The notes under the pieces: generated by a model
Told to the model about the DNA's origin: nothing
Database searches by the model: none
The model's input: the letters and a program-made list of their open reading frames with translations, nothing else
Translations under genes and position numbers: made by a program
Shown: positions 24,834 through 33,886 of the stretch, one piece after another
Numbering within the stretch: position 1 is the first letter of the stretch
Layout of the letters: every line of letters begins with the position of its first letter
Assembly (NCBI GenBank): GCA_964590345.1
Contig: CAZPVP010000005.1
Location: 1-42,576, forward strand
Direction of reading: 5' to 3'
From: an uncultured Gammaproteobacteria bacterium
Lineage (GTDB): Bacteria; Patescibacteriota; Patescibacteriia; CAIXNZ01
Length of the DNA: 42,576 nucleotides

Positions 24834-24918
24834 AAATTAATAACCAATGAACAAGCACCAATATCCAAAATTTTCTTCGTATTTCCGCTTTGATGATTGA
24901 TTATTGGTTATTGATTAT
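24834..24918. repeat. Inverted pair of heptamer-phased tracts (nnnnCAA x5, then TGnTTAT x4) around a 22-nt core
   Basis: AATAACCAAT (24839-24848) is complementary to ATTGGTTATT (24903-24912). This is the same 10-mer pair that flanks the four-helix-bundle gene. Confidence 0.85.
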
Positions 24919-24975
24919 TACTAAGTATATATGATTATATATTATTTCCCAATTTTTGGCAAGGTTCTTTAAAAA

Positions 24976-25003
24976 TTGACAAAATATCTAAATATGATAA
25001 AGT
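24976..25003 (+). promoter_or_regulatory. Promoter of small paralog 1
   Basis: TTGACA, then N13, then TGaTAAAGT. Confidence 0.55.
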
Positions 25004-25033
25004 AATTTAATAAAAACTAAAAAGGAGGAGCAA

Positions 25034-25309
25034 ATGGCGGAATTACATTTTAACTTTAAACGATACGCGTGGAAAAATGTCTTTTCAAATCTGGGTAAAA
25101 TCACTGAAATTGCGGAAGATAATAATTGTAATTTGGATATTGAAAAATGCACTCTGCCTAAAAAATTTTTTATCCTTAGTGGTACAGAAAAAAACCTAAA
25201 AAAAATTCGAGAAAAAATATGGGAAGAAGGTATCCCCATTGGAGGGAATATTATTACTGACAAAGAATTAAAAGAAAAAATAAAAGGTGAAAAAAAGGGA
25301 AAAAAATAA
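25034..25309 (+). CDS. Small protein of unknown function, paralog 1 (91 aa)
   Basis: Strong SD (AAAGGAGGAGCAAATG), with its own promoter and terminator. The C-terminal EEGIPIGGNIITDKELK resembles that of paralog 2. Confidence 0.6.
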   Translation: MAELHFNFKRYAWKNVFSNLGKITEIAEDNNCNLDIEKCTLPKKFFILSGTEKNLKKIREKIWEEGIPIGGNIITDKELKEKIKGEKKGKK

Positions 25310-25317
25310 AAAACTTA

Positions 25318-25346
25318 AAATCCCGACCGCAAGGCGCGGGATTTTT
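25318..25346 (+). terminator. Rho-independent terminator
   Basis: GC-rich hairpin ATCCCGACCGCAAGGCGCGGGAT followed by T5. Confidence 0.65.
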
Positions 25347-25382
25347 AAATCTAAAGTAATTAATAAAGTAATTAATATGGAA

Positions 25383-25411
25383 TTGACAATAAAGACATCT
25401 TTTGCTAAATT
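25383..25411 (+). promoter_or_regulatory. Promoter of small paralog 2
   Basis: TTGACA, then N14, then TGcTAAATT. Confidence 0.55.
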
Positions 25412-25439
25412 TTAAAAAAACTTGTTTAAAGGAGGACAA

Positions 25440-25655
25440 ATGGCAATCTTAAAATTTGAAGAAGTTAATTTTATTAGAATAATTATTAATATTTACAATC
25501 TTGCCAAAAATTTCAATGTTAATACCAGTTCTTTAAAAGATTATAAAATCATAACAGGTCAAAAACAAGAATTAGAAAAACTGCAAAAAGCTCTGCAAAA
25601 ACAAGGATTATCTCCTGGTAATCTTATAACCAAAAAAGAAATAAAAAATGGCTGA
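25440..25655 (+). CDS. Small protein of unknown function, paralog 2 (71 aa)
   Basis: SD AAAGGAGGACAAATG. MAILKFEE... and KQGLSPGNLITKKEIK parallel paralog 1. Confidence 0.55.
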   Translation: MAILKFEEVNFIRIIINIYNLAKNFNVNTSSLKDYKIITGQKQELEKLQKALQKQGLSPGNLITKKEIKNG

Positions 25656-25663
25656 ATACGACA

Positions 25664-25697
25664 AAAAAATCCCACAACCGTGGGATTTTTATTTTTT
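25664..25697. terminator. Terminator hairpin between convergent genes
   Basis: AAAAATCCCA-CAACCG-TGGGATTTTT, with T runs on one side and A runs on the other. Confidence 0.65.
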
Positions 25698-25746
25698 CAA
25701 TTAAATATTTCTTTTCCCTAATATACCAATATACTAATAAACTAAG

Positions 25747-28392
25747 TCAAACCAAGGCAATATTAGCAACTTTATCTTTTTTATCTTTAAAACTCATCAA
25801 GCGAACACCTTGAGTCGCCCGGCCTAAACGGCTGACTGATTTCAATGGTAAGCGGATAACTTGCCCTCTTTCAGAAATAATAATCATATCGCGATCCAGA
25901 TCTTTATTATTAATTAAACGAGCACCAACAATTTTTCCAGTCTTATCAGTTATATTAGCCGTTTTAATACCAGTGCCACCGCGGCCTTGAATTCTATATT
26001 CAGATATAGGAGTTCTTTTGCCATAACCTTTTTCCATAACAACTAATAAATCCAAATTCGCATCTTTAACTGATTTTTCATTAATATCCATTCTGACCAC
26101 GAAATCATCGTCTTTTAATTTAACACCTCGTACGCCAGCTGCGGTTCGCCCCATTGATCTAATATTTTTCTCTTTAAACCTAACTGACATACCATTAGCT
26201 GTAACTAAAACTATTTCATCATTGCCTGTCGAAGGTTTAGCCCACCATAAAATATCCCCTTGTTTTAACTTAATAGCAATCAAACCGCTTTTTCTAATCT
26301 TAGTAATTTCTTGAATATCAACTTTTTTAATTAAACCTTTTTTTGTTACTAAAACTAAATATTTATAATCACCTAGTTCCGCCAAATCTAAAACGGAGGT
26401 AACTCTTTCATGCGGAGCAAGATTTAAAAAATTAACTAAAGCCTGCCCTTTTGCAGTTCTTGTTGTTTGAGGAACTTCATAAGCTTTAAGCTGAAAAACA
26501 CGTCCGCTTGTTGTAAAAAATAATAAATCAGAATGAGTTTTTGTTGTAAAAAAATGTTCAACAATATCTTCTTCTTTTGTCATTAAACCTGCTATGCCTT
26601 TACCGCCACGAGCTTGGGTTTTAAAAGTTTCTGGCGGCAGACGCTTAATATAGCCATCACGCGTAACAATTACAATTGTTGGCTCATTGGGGATCAAATC
26701 TTTCACCGAAAATTCTCCTACCGATGATTTTACAACTTCAGTCTTTCTCTCATCACCATACTTTTGTTTAATTTCACTTAAATCTTTTTTAATAATATTT
26801 AATATTTTTTTACGTGATTTTAAAATTGCTTCAAGCTCAGCAATTATTTTTTTCTTTTCTTTAAGTTCATCAATTACTTTTTGTCTTTCTAAATTAGCTA
26901 ATTGCGACAATCGCATTTCTAAAATTGCCAAAGCTTGTATTTCAGTAAACTTGAATTTTTTCATCAAATTCTTCTTCGCCTCTTCTCTATCTTTTGATTT
27001 TTTAATAGTATTAATAACTTCATCAATATTTTTCAAGGCTTTAACTAAACCTTCCAATATATGAGCTCTTTCTTTAGCCTTAGCTAAATCATGCTCTGTT
27101 CTACGGCGAATAACTTCTTCCCGATGTTTAATGTATTCTTCAAAAATCATCTTTAAAGTTAAAACGCGTGGCTGAATACCATCAATCAAAGCTAAAGTGT
27201 TAACATGAAAAGTATCCTGTAGTTGAGTTGATTTATATAATTGATTTAACAATTTTTTGGGATAAGCATCTTTTTTTAATTCAATCACTATTCTTACTCC
27301 TTCTTTTGAAGATTCATCACGCAAATCTTTAATGTCTTTAATTTTTTTATCCCGTACTAAAGAAGCAATTTTTTCAACTAAATTGGCCTTATTAACCTGA
27401 AAAGGAATTTCAGAAATTACAATCCTGAACTTACCGCCTTTAATCTCTTCAATTTCCGCTTTGCCGCGCATAACAATAGACCCCTTGCCAGTAGCGTAAG
27501 CTCTTTGAATTTCCTTAATATCATAAATTATCCCGCCAGTTGGAAAATCAGGACCTTTAACAAATTTAGTTAAATCTTCAACTGTTGCTTTGGAATTATC
27601 TATTAAATAACTAATGCCGTCACAAAGCTCTCCTAAATTATGTGGGGGGATATTGGTAGCCATACCTACAGCAATCCCCATTGTTCCGTTCAATAAAAGA
27701 TTAGGTAATTTAGCTGGTAAAACTATTGGCTCTTTATAAGAACCATCAAAATTTGGTGTAAAATCAACTGTTTCTTTTTCAATGTCAAAAAGTGTTTCTT
27801 CTGCGACTGCTCTTAATTTTGCTTCAGTATAACGATAAGCAGCAGCGCTATCACCGTCCATTGAACCAAAATTTCCTTGTCCCCAAACTAATGGATAACG
27901 CATTGAAAAATCCTGAGCCATTCTAACCATTGAATCATAAACAGCTGTATCACCATGCGGATGATACTTACCTAAGACTTCACCAACTATAGTAGCTGAT
28001 TTTTTAAATTTGGCATTGGAACGCAAACCAATACTCCACATAGCGTATAAAATCCTGCGATGCACAGGTTTTAAGCCATCACGAACATCAGGCAATGCCC
28101 GAGAAACAATCACTGACATGGCATAATCTAAGTATGAATCCTGCATCTCTTCAACCAATGAGCGTTCTTCAATATTGTTAGGTCCTTTTGTCTGTTCATT
28201 AACTTGCGCCCTCTGGCTAATTTCTTTTTTCTTTCTTATCTTTTTCTTATCGGTTTTTTTATTTTTAACTGATTTTACTTTTTTAGCCGTAGATTTGACG
28301 GATTTTGTTTTCTTAATTTTCTTATTTTTCCTTGTTTTTTTCTTGGATTGAGCAGATTTCTTAGAATCTGCTTTTTTCTTTTTAGCTGGCAT
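25747..28392 (-). CDS. gyrA: DNA gyrase subunit A with an N-terminal Lys-rich extension of about 70 aa
   Basis: [14 protein letters not shown] and [11 protein letters not shown] (catalytic Tyr region), plus C-terminal beta-pinwheel repeats. Confidence 0.95.
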   Translation of the reverse strand: MPAKKKKADSKKSAQSKKKTRKNKKIKKTKSVKSTAKKVKSVKNKKTDKKKIRKKKEISQRAQVNEQTKGPNNIEERSLVEEMQDSYLDYAMSVIVSRALPDVRDGLKPVHRRILYAMWSIGLRSNAKFKKSATIVGEVLGKYHPHGDTAVYDSMVRMAQDFSMRYPLVWGQGNFGSMDGDSAAAYRYTEAKLRAVAEETLFDIEKETVDFTPNFDGSYKEPIVLPAKLPNLLLNGTMGIAVGMATNIPPHNLGELCDGISYLIDNSKATVEDLTKFVKGPDFPTGGIIYDIKEIQRAYATGKGSIVMRGKAEIEEIKGGKFRIVISEIPFQVNKANLVEKIASLVRDKKIKDIKDLRDESSKEGVRIVIELKKDAYPKKLLNQLYKSTQLQDTFHVNTLALIDGIQPRVLTLKMIFEEYIKHREEVIRRRTEHDLAKAKERAHILEGLVKALKNIDEVINTIKKSKDREEAKKNLMKKFKFTEIQALAILEMRLSQLANLERQKVIDELKEKKKIIAELEAILKSRKKILNIIKKDLSEIKQKYGDERKTEVVKSSVGEFSVKDLIPNEPTIVIVTRDGYIKRLPPETFKTQARGGKGIAGLMTKEEDIVEHFFTTKTHSDLLFFTTSGRVFQLKAYEVPQTTRTAKGQALVNFLNLAPHERVTSVLDLAELGDYKYLVLVTKKGLIKKVDIQEITKIRKSGLIAIKLKQGDILWWAKPSTGNDEIVLVTANGMSVRFKEKNIRSMGRTAAGVRGVKLKDDDFVVRMDINEKSVKDANLDLLVVMEKGYGKRTPISEYRIQGRGGTGIKTANITDKTGKIVGARLINNKDLDRDMIIISERGQVIRLPLKSVSRLGRATQGVRLMSFKDKKDKVANIALV

Positions 28393-28401
28393 TGCTATTT
28401 T

Positions 28402-29187
28402 TTATTGATTAATATTTAAATTTTCAGATTCTATTAAATTATTTTCTTCTTCTAAATTATCTAGCTTATCTTTCAATTTATTAGTTATTTCATCCTTAAA
28501 TTGTTCTTTTTCAATCATTTCTTTAACTTCTTCTTTTGACTCTAAAGCTTCCTGACTTTTTTCTTTTATAGTTGTTTCAAATGAATAAACATCCTCTTTA
28601 AAATCTTGCAAAGATTGTTCTAATTCCGGTTTTAAAAAAATATTTTCTTTATTTGAATCATTAAAATTATATCCCATACTATTTTTTATTCCTGATATCC
28701 AAAAACAAACTATCACAATCATAATAACAGCCATTGAAATATACATAATAATATGCTTTTGTCTTTCTGTAAAATTATCAGCTTCTTTATTTTTATAAAA
28801 AGCATTATCTTTATCATCAAATTCTGGTTGCATTTTTTCCTCTTCATTAAAATCAAAATTATAGTCAAAAAAATAATCAGCTTCTTTTTTTTCTTGCATT
28901 ACTGAATTTCTTTCTAATCTGCCTTCGGAACCTGTTTCAGATATAACTGATCCATAAATTGTTTCTTTTGATTCTTTATCAGCGATTTTTACTTTGATTT
29001 TTTTACCTAAAGATTTTTTTGTTGGCTTTTTACTGGCTGTTTTCCTTTTAACTGCCCTTTTCTTTGCGGTACCAGTTTTCTTACCATCAGACTTTTTCTT
29101 AGCTGATTTTTCTTTTACTTTTTTTGACGATTTCGCTTTTCTCGTTTTCGGCTTTTTGTTTTTTTCTTTTTTTACTTTTCTAGACAT
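28402..29187 (-). CDS. Hypothetical membrane protein with a Lys-rich N-terminus, one TM segment and an acidic coiled-coil C-terminus
   Basis: ORF with a TM segment (IIMYISMAVIMIVIVCFWI). No recognisable family. Confidence 0.6.
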   Translation of the reverse strand: MSRKVKKEKNKKPKTRKAKSSKKVKEKSAKKKSDGKKTGTAKKRAVKRKTASKKPTKKSLGKKIKVKIADKESKETIYGSVISETGSEGRLERNSVMQEKKEADYFFDYNFDFNEEEKMQPEFDDKDNAFYKNKEADNFTERQKHIIMYISMAVIMIVIVCFWISGIKNSMGYNFNDSNKENIFLKPELEQSLQDFKEDVYSFETTIKEKSQEALESKEEVKEMIEKEQFKDEITNKLKDKLDNLEEENNLIESENLNINQ

Positions 29188-29197
29188 TTTTTAAAAT

Positions 29198-29836
29198 TTA
29201 GACTTTATTAAGTATAATTACTTTTGTCTCTTCTTGTGGCAAATCTTTTTTCGCAATTTTTAATTTATCCATTTTTTTTGGAGTTGTTATACCAAACTCT
29301 TTTAAAAATTTATCAACTGGTTCAATTTTTACTTTTAAGCCTGGAATTTTATAATGCATCGGGATAACAATGCGAGGCTGAATTTGGCTGATAAATTTAA
29401 CTGCTTCCGTACCATTTATTGTTAAATTACCTCCAACTGGAATTAATAAAACATCTACACCCTCAAGCTTTTCTATTTGTCTTTCAGTTAAATTATCTTG
29501 GCCAATTGATCCCAAATGAGCAACTCTTATACCATTATATTCAATTATATAACTCGTCATTTTGCCCTTTTCAGCACCTTTTTTGTTATCTAAATAAGAA
29601 TACAAACCATAAATAAAAACGTCCTTAACTTCATATTCACCTGCTCCATTAATAATAAAAGGGCGACCTTTAATTGCACTAGTATTATTATAACCTTCTT
29701 TATCAAGGGTAATTAAAAGCAAATCAGCTTGAAATTTGGGCATTTTTAAGCCTGTTTTATCATGCGGATCAATAGCAATTGTCAAATCTTTATCCTGAAT
29801 TTTAAAGGCCGATTGGCCTAACCATTGGATTGTCAT
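29198..29836 (-). CDS. MBL-fold metal-dependent hydrolase (UPF0173-like)
   Basis: MTIQWLGQSAFKI...IDPHD...VLLIPVGG...MHY pattern. Confidence 0.7.
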   Translation of the reverse strand: MTIQWLGQSAFKIQDKDLTIAIDPHDKTGLKMPKFQADLLLITLDKEGYNNTSAIKGRPFIINGAGEYEVKDVFIYGLYSYLDNKKGAEKGKMTSYIIEYNGIRVAHLGSIGQDNLTERQIEKLEGVDVLLIPVGGNLTINGTEAVKFISQIQPRIVIPMHYKIPGLKVKIEPVDKFLKEFGITTPKKMDKLKIAKKDLPQEETKVIILNKV

Positions 29837-29940
29837 AATTTACATTTTAAATTATATAAGTAAAGCAAGGATTAAGTTCATACTTAATCCTTAATTTCCA
29901 ATAATATTTTAACATATTAAAAAAAATAAATAAAGACCTA

Positions 29941-29969
29941 TTGACAAGACTTTATTATGGGTATATACT
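29941..29969 (+). promoter_or_regulatory. Promoter preceding the DUF5320 gene and the metal island
   Basis: TTGACA, then N17, then TATACT. Confidence 0.5.
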
Positions 29970-30006
29970 CATAATAACGGTATTCTAACAATTAAATTTA
30001 AAAACT

Positions 30007-30240
30007 ATGCCCTATGGAGATGGAACAGGGCCTTTGGGGTTTGGACCTGGCACTGGCTGGGGACGAGGACCTTGTGGTGCGGGCTTTAGAAGAGGCAGAG
30101 GATCTGGTCGAGGATTTGCCTTCCGAAAAAGATTTTTCCGAGATTGGCAGCCTAGCACAGAAGATTTAGATTCAGAAGAAAAAATGTTAAAAGAAGAATT
30201 AGCAGAAATCGCTAAAGAAAAAAAGGCCTTGAAGAAATAA
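30007..30240 (+). CDS. DUF5320-family Gly/Arg-rich small protein
   Basis: MPYGDGTGPLGFGPGTGWGRGPCGAG N-terminus and a coiled C-terminus. Confidence 0.75.
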   Translation: MPYGDGTGPLGFGPGTGWGRGPCGAGFRRGRGSGRGFAFRKRFFRDWQPSTEDLDSEEKMLKEELAEIAKEKKALKK

Positions 30241-30242
30241 AC

Positions 30243-30286
30243 AAACTCGAAAATTTTCTTTATTTTAGAAAATTTTCGAGTTTTGT
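30243..30286 (+). terminator. Long AT-rich hairpin terminator
   Basis: AAACTCGAAAATTTT ... AAAATTTTCGAGTTT, followed by T. Confidence 0.6.
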
Positions 30287-30329
30287 TATACTTAAAATGT
30301 AAATTTTTAAATCATAACATCTTAAACTT

Positions 30330-30539
30330 ATGCCTTTTGGAAATCAAACAGGTCGTGGCAATCAAGGACAAGGTTTTGGTGGTGGTGGCCGAGGCCGCCA
30401 ACAAGGTGGTTTTGGCTTAGGGCCAGCTGGTGAATGTATTTGTCCCAATTGCGGTCAAAAACAAAAACATCAAAGAGGCTTGCCTTGCTATCAACAAAAA
30501 TGCCCAAACTGTGACAGCGTAATGACCAGAGCTCGCTAA
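30330..30539 (+). CDS. Gly/Arg-rich N-terminus fused to a CPxC...CPxC zinc-ribbon-like small protein
   Basis: MPFGNQTGRGNQGQGFGGGGRGR...CICPNCGQKQKHQRGLPCYQQKCPNCDSVM. Confidence 0.7.
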   Translation: MPFGNQTGRGNQGQGFGGGGRGRQQGGFGLGPAGECICPNCGQKQKHQRGLPCYQQKCPNCDSVMTRAR

Positions 30540-30625
30540 ATTATTATTAAAATTATAAAAAAAATATATTATATTAATTTAATTATTTTTTTCTTTTATT
30601 TAATTAAAAATTTAAAAACACGCTT

Positions 30626-30946
30626 ATGAAAATATGCTTTACTGCTGAAGATAAGACTTTAAATTCCCAAATTGATCCGCGCTTTGGCCGCTGCAAATTT
30701 CTATTATTTGTAGATTCAGGAGATGAAAAAATAATTAAAACAATTGATAATACTCGAATTGCAAACTGGCGTGGCGCCGGCATAGCTACTGCCCAAAAAA
30801 TCGCTAATGAAAATGCTCAAGTAGTTATTACAGGCAACATCGGTCCTAACGCCTTTACTGCTTTACAATCAGCTAATATTAAAATTATTACCGACGTTTC
30901 AAATTTAACAGTTAAACAGGCTCTAAAAAAAATTCAAAACAAATGA
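30626..30946 (+). CDS. NifB/NifX-family (dinitrogenase FeMo-cofactor-binding domain) protein
   Basis: IDPRFGRCKFLLFVDS... and VVITGNIGPNAF. Confidence 0.8.
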   Translation: MKICFTAEDKTLNSQIDPRFGRCKFLLFVDSGDEKIIKTIDNTRIANWRGAGIATAQKIANENAQVVITGNIGPNAFTALQSANIKIITDVSNLTVKQALKKIQNK

Positions 30947-30974
30947 ATTAAAAAAAACCGAAAAACCTTCTGTC

Positions 30975-31043
30975 ATGGGCCATTTTGGTCAAGGCAAAAG
31001 ATTTAATCAGAACCGAAAAAGAAATCGCCAAGGTCAATCTTGA
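30975..31043 (+). CDS. 22-codon Gly/Arg/Asn-rich micro-ORF (MGHFGQGKRFNQNRKRNRQGQS)
   Basis: Found by hand between the two NifX-like genes. Its composition echoes the DUF5320 N-termini. No clear SD. Confidence 0.2.
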   Translation: MGHFGQGKRFNQNRKRNRQGQS

Positions 31044-31057
31044 TTTTTTTATTAATT

Positions 31058-31405
31058 ATGAAAATTGCCATTCCTACCAATGGAAAAAACTTAGATGATT
31101 TGGTGGCCGCACATTTTGGCCGAGCCAAAAATTTTTTAATTTATGACACTGAAAATAAAAATATTGAAATCATCCCTAATGCTTCTCAACATATGGGCGG
31201 ACAAGGAGTTCCGCCTGAATTATTAAAAAAACATAATGTAAATGTCTTAATTTGCAATTCTTTGGGTTTTAAAGCTGTTACAAATTTAAAAAAAGCTAGC
31301 ATTGAAATTTATTGCGGCGCAAATAATTCAATCAAACAAGCAATTACTGCTTTTTTCAATAATCAACTTAATAAGGCAAACGAAATAAATAGCTGTCATC
31401 ATTAA
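31058..31405 (+). CDS. NifB/NifX-family protein, second copy
   Basis: MKIAIPTNG...VAAHFGRAKNFLIYD. Confidence 0.8.
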   Translation: MKIAIPTNGKNLDDLVAAHFGRAKNFLIYDTENKNIEIIPNASQHMGGQGVPPELLKKHNVNVLICNSLGFKAVTNLKKASIEIYCGANNSIKQAITAFFNNQLNKANEINSCHH

Positions 31406-31407
31406 AT

Positions 31408-32247
31408 ATGCCTAAAAAAAACTTTAAAAAAATCGCCATAACTGGTGGCAAGGGTGGCACAGGTAAGTCAACTTTTGCGATCTTATTGACTAATAAATTT
31501 TTAAAACAAAGCAAAAAAATAATTTTAGTTGATGCAGATGTTGAATGTCCCAATGATCATCTTTTAATCGGTAAAAAAATACAAACTGCTCAAAAAAATA
31601 TTTATGCTAATTTTCCTTCATTAAATAAACAAAAATGCACCAAATGCGGGGACTGTGTTCAAGCTTGTCGCAGTAATGCAATATTTCAAGCTCCAGGACA
31701 ATTTCCTGTTTTTCTTGAAGAACTTTGTTCAGCTTGCGCCACTTGCTGGACAATTTGTCCTGAGAAAGCCATTAAAACAAAAAAAGTAAAAACCGGACAA
31801 ATTTTTGTTAATAAAATTAATCAAAATTTTTATTTAATCACTGGTTTGGCTAAAGCTGGGATAGACGAAACAGGGCCGATTGTTACTCAGCTTAAAAATT
31901 TCGCTTTAGATTTTGCTAAAAAACATGATGCTGATTATATCTTATTTGATACTGCCGCAGGCATCCATTGCCCGGTAATTCAAGCTCTGATAGATGTTGA
32001 CCTAGCCTATGCTGTTACTGAAGCAACGCCAATGGGCGCCTATGACTTGGATATTATTTTGAACTTATTAAAAAAATTAAAAATAAAAACTAAAATAATT
32101 TTAAATCAAGCTGACTTGGGCAATAAAAATTTAATCAAAAAAATCTTAAATAAAAATAAAATTAAACAAATAGATCAAAAAATTCCCTATTCAAAAAATT
32201 TAGTTCAAGCCTATTCAAAAGGTGAATTACTAAATTTTAAACTTTAA
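31408..32247 (+). CDS. MinD/ParA-type P-loop ATPase with an inserted 2x[4Fe-4S] ferredoxin domain
   Basis: GGKGGTGKST deviant Walker A, plus CTKCGDCVQACRSNAI and CSACATCWTICPEKAI. Confidence 0.85.
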   Translation: MPKKNFKKIAITGGKGGTGKSTFAILLTNKFLKQSKKIILVDADVECPNDHLLIGKKIQTAQKNIYANFPSLNKQKCTKCGDCVQACRSNAIFQAPGQFPVFLEELCSACATCWTICPEKAIKTKKVKTGQIFVNKINQNFYLITGLAKAGIDETGPIVTQLKNFALDFAKKHDADYILFDTAAGIHCPVIQALIDVDLAYAVTEATPMGAYDLDIILNLLKKLKIKTKIILNQADLGNKNLIKKILNKNKIKQIDQKIPYSKNLVQAYSKGELLNFKL

Positions 32248-32258
32248 AAATTAAATTT

Positions 32259-32999
32259 ATGACCATTTTAATTTGGATAATTACCAGTACACTGGCTATG
32301 AGCATAATAGCTTGGGTTGGATTGCTCACTTTGTTTTTAAAAGAAAATTTACTGAAAAAAATAATAATGCCACTGGTTGCTTTTTCAGCCGGCGCCTTAT
32401 TAGGCGGGGCTTTTTTGCACATGATTCCTGAAGCTATTAATAAAATGGATAATTTATTGAATTTATTTCTTTGGCTATTATTTGGTTTTGCTTTATTTTT
32501 TTTAATGGAAACCTTTATTAATTGGCACCATTGTCATGAAACTCCTTCAAAGCATAAAAAACCAGTAACTTATCTTATTTTAATTGCTGATGGCATTCAT
32601 AATTTTATTGGCGGTTTAGCCATCGCTGGGGCTTTTATTGTTGATGTACGAATCGGTCTTGTAACTTGGTTGGCTTGTGCTGCTCATGAAATACCGCAAG
32701 AACTTGGTGATTTTGGTATTCTGATTCATGGTGGCTGGCACAAGAAAAAAGCTTTATTATTTAATTTCTTTTCTGCTTTAACTATTGTTTTCGGCGGACT
32801 AATAGCTTATTTTATCTCAACAAAAATTGATGTTACGTTTTTATTGCCTTTTGCTGCTGGCAATTTTATTTATATCGCTTCTTCAGATTTAATTCCTGAA
32901 ATTAAACAAAAAAGCAAACTTAAAATAAACTTAATTCATTTTATAACTTTTATTCTTGGTATTTTATTAATTTTATTAGTCAGATTCATTAAACTTTAA
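32259..32999 (+). CDS. ZIP-family divalent metal transporter
   Basis: HEIPQELGDFGILIHGG signature. Multi-TM. Confidence 0.85.
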   Translation: MTILIWIITSTLAMSIIAWVGLLTLFLKENLLKKIIMPLVAFSAGALLGGAFLHMIPEAINKMDNLLNLFLWLLFGFALFFLMETFINWHHCHETPSKHKKPVTYLILIADGIHNFIGGLAIAGAFIVDVRIGLVTWLACAAHEIPQELGDFGILIHGGWHKKKALLFNFFSALTIVFGGLIAYFISTKIDVTFLLPFAAGNFIYIASSDLIPEIKQKSKLKINLIHFITFILGILLILLVRFIKL

Positions 33000-33007
33000 A
33001 TTTGCTC

Positions 33008-33886
33008 ATGAAAACAAAAGGTAAAAAATTAAAATTAGTTATTGCTTCTGGCAAAGGCGGGGTTGGCAAATCAATGATAACCTCTTCTTTGGCTATTTTA
33101 TTTAATCAGCAAAACAAAATAATTGCAGTTGACTGTGATGTTGATGCGCCTAATTTAGCCATTTGGTTAAATGAAGCGACAACTTGGCAAAAAATAAAAA
33201 AAATTAGCACTTCAGAAAAAGCTATCGTCGATTATAAAAAATGCATAGGTTGCGGTTCTTGTGCCAAAAACTGTCAATTTAAAGCTATTAAAATGGTTAA
33301 AAATAAACCACAGATAAATAAATTCACTTGTGAGGGCTGCGGCTTATGTGAAATAATTTGTCCTACCAAAGCCATATCCCTCAAATCAGTAAAAAATGGT
33401 GAAATAAAAACTAAAAAAACAAAATATGATTTTAAATTAATTACTGGTCAACTTTATCCAGGCGAAACTGGTTCTGGTAAAGTTGTTGATCAAGTTAAAA
33501 AAGAAGCTGATAAAAACGATTATCAAATTATGATTATAGATTCCTCGCCTGGTACTGGTTGCCCAGTAATTGCTTCCTTACAAGATGCAAATTATGTAAC
33601 TTTGATAACCGAGCCGACACCTTCTGGTTTTAGTGATTTAAAAAGAGTTTTAGAAGTAGTAAATTACTTTAAAACACCTTATGGTATAATAATTAACAAA
33701 TGGGATATAAATAAAAAATTGAGTTTGAAAATCAAAAAGTGGAGTGGTTCAAAATTTATCGGTCAAATTTCTTATGAGCCAAAAATTTTTGAAGCTATTG
33801 CCAGTTTTAATCCTGTTATGAAAACCGGCCTAAAAACAAAAAAAGAGCTTAAAATAATTTATAAAAAAATAAAAAACATATTATGA
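33008..33886 (+). CDS. MinD/ParA-type P-loop ATPase with a ferredoxin domain, second copy
   Basis: SGKGGVGKS, CIGCGSCAKNCQFKAI and CEGCGLCEIICPTKAI. The start could be TTG at 33002. Confidence 0.85.
   Translation: MKTKGKKLKLVIASGKGGVGKSMITSSLAILFNQQNKIIAVDCDVDAPNLAIWLNEATTWQKIKKISTSEKAIVDYKKCIGCGSCAKNCQFKAIKMVKNKPQINKFTCEGCGLCEIICPTKAISLKSVKNGEIKTKKTKYDFKLITGQLYPGETGSGKVVDQVKKEADKNDYQIMIIDSSPGTGCPVIASLQDANYVTLITEPTPSGFSDLKRVLEVVNYFKTPYGIIINKWDINKKLSLKIKKWSGSKFIGQISYEPKIFEAIASFNPVMKTGLKTKKELKIIYKKIKNIL

Noticed and set aside
25747-28392. gyrA without an adjacent gyrB, considered as an anomaly.
   Set aside because: gyrA and gyrB are unlinked in many bacteria, and the window is too small to infer that gyrB is absent.
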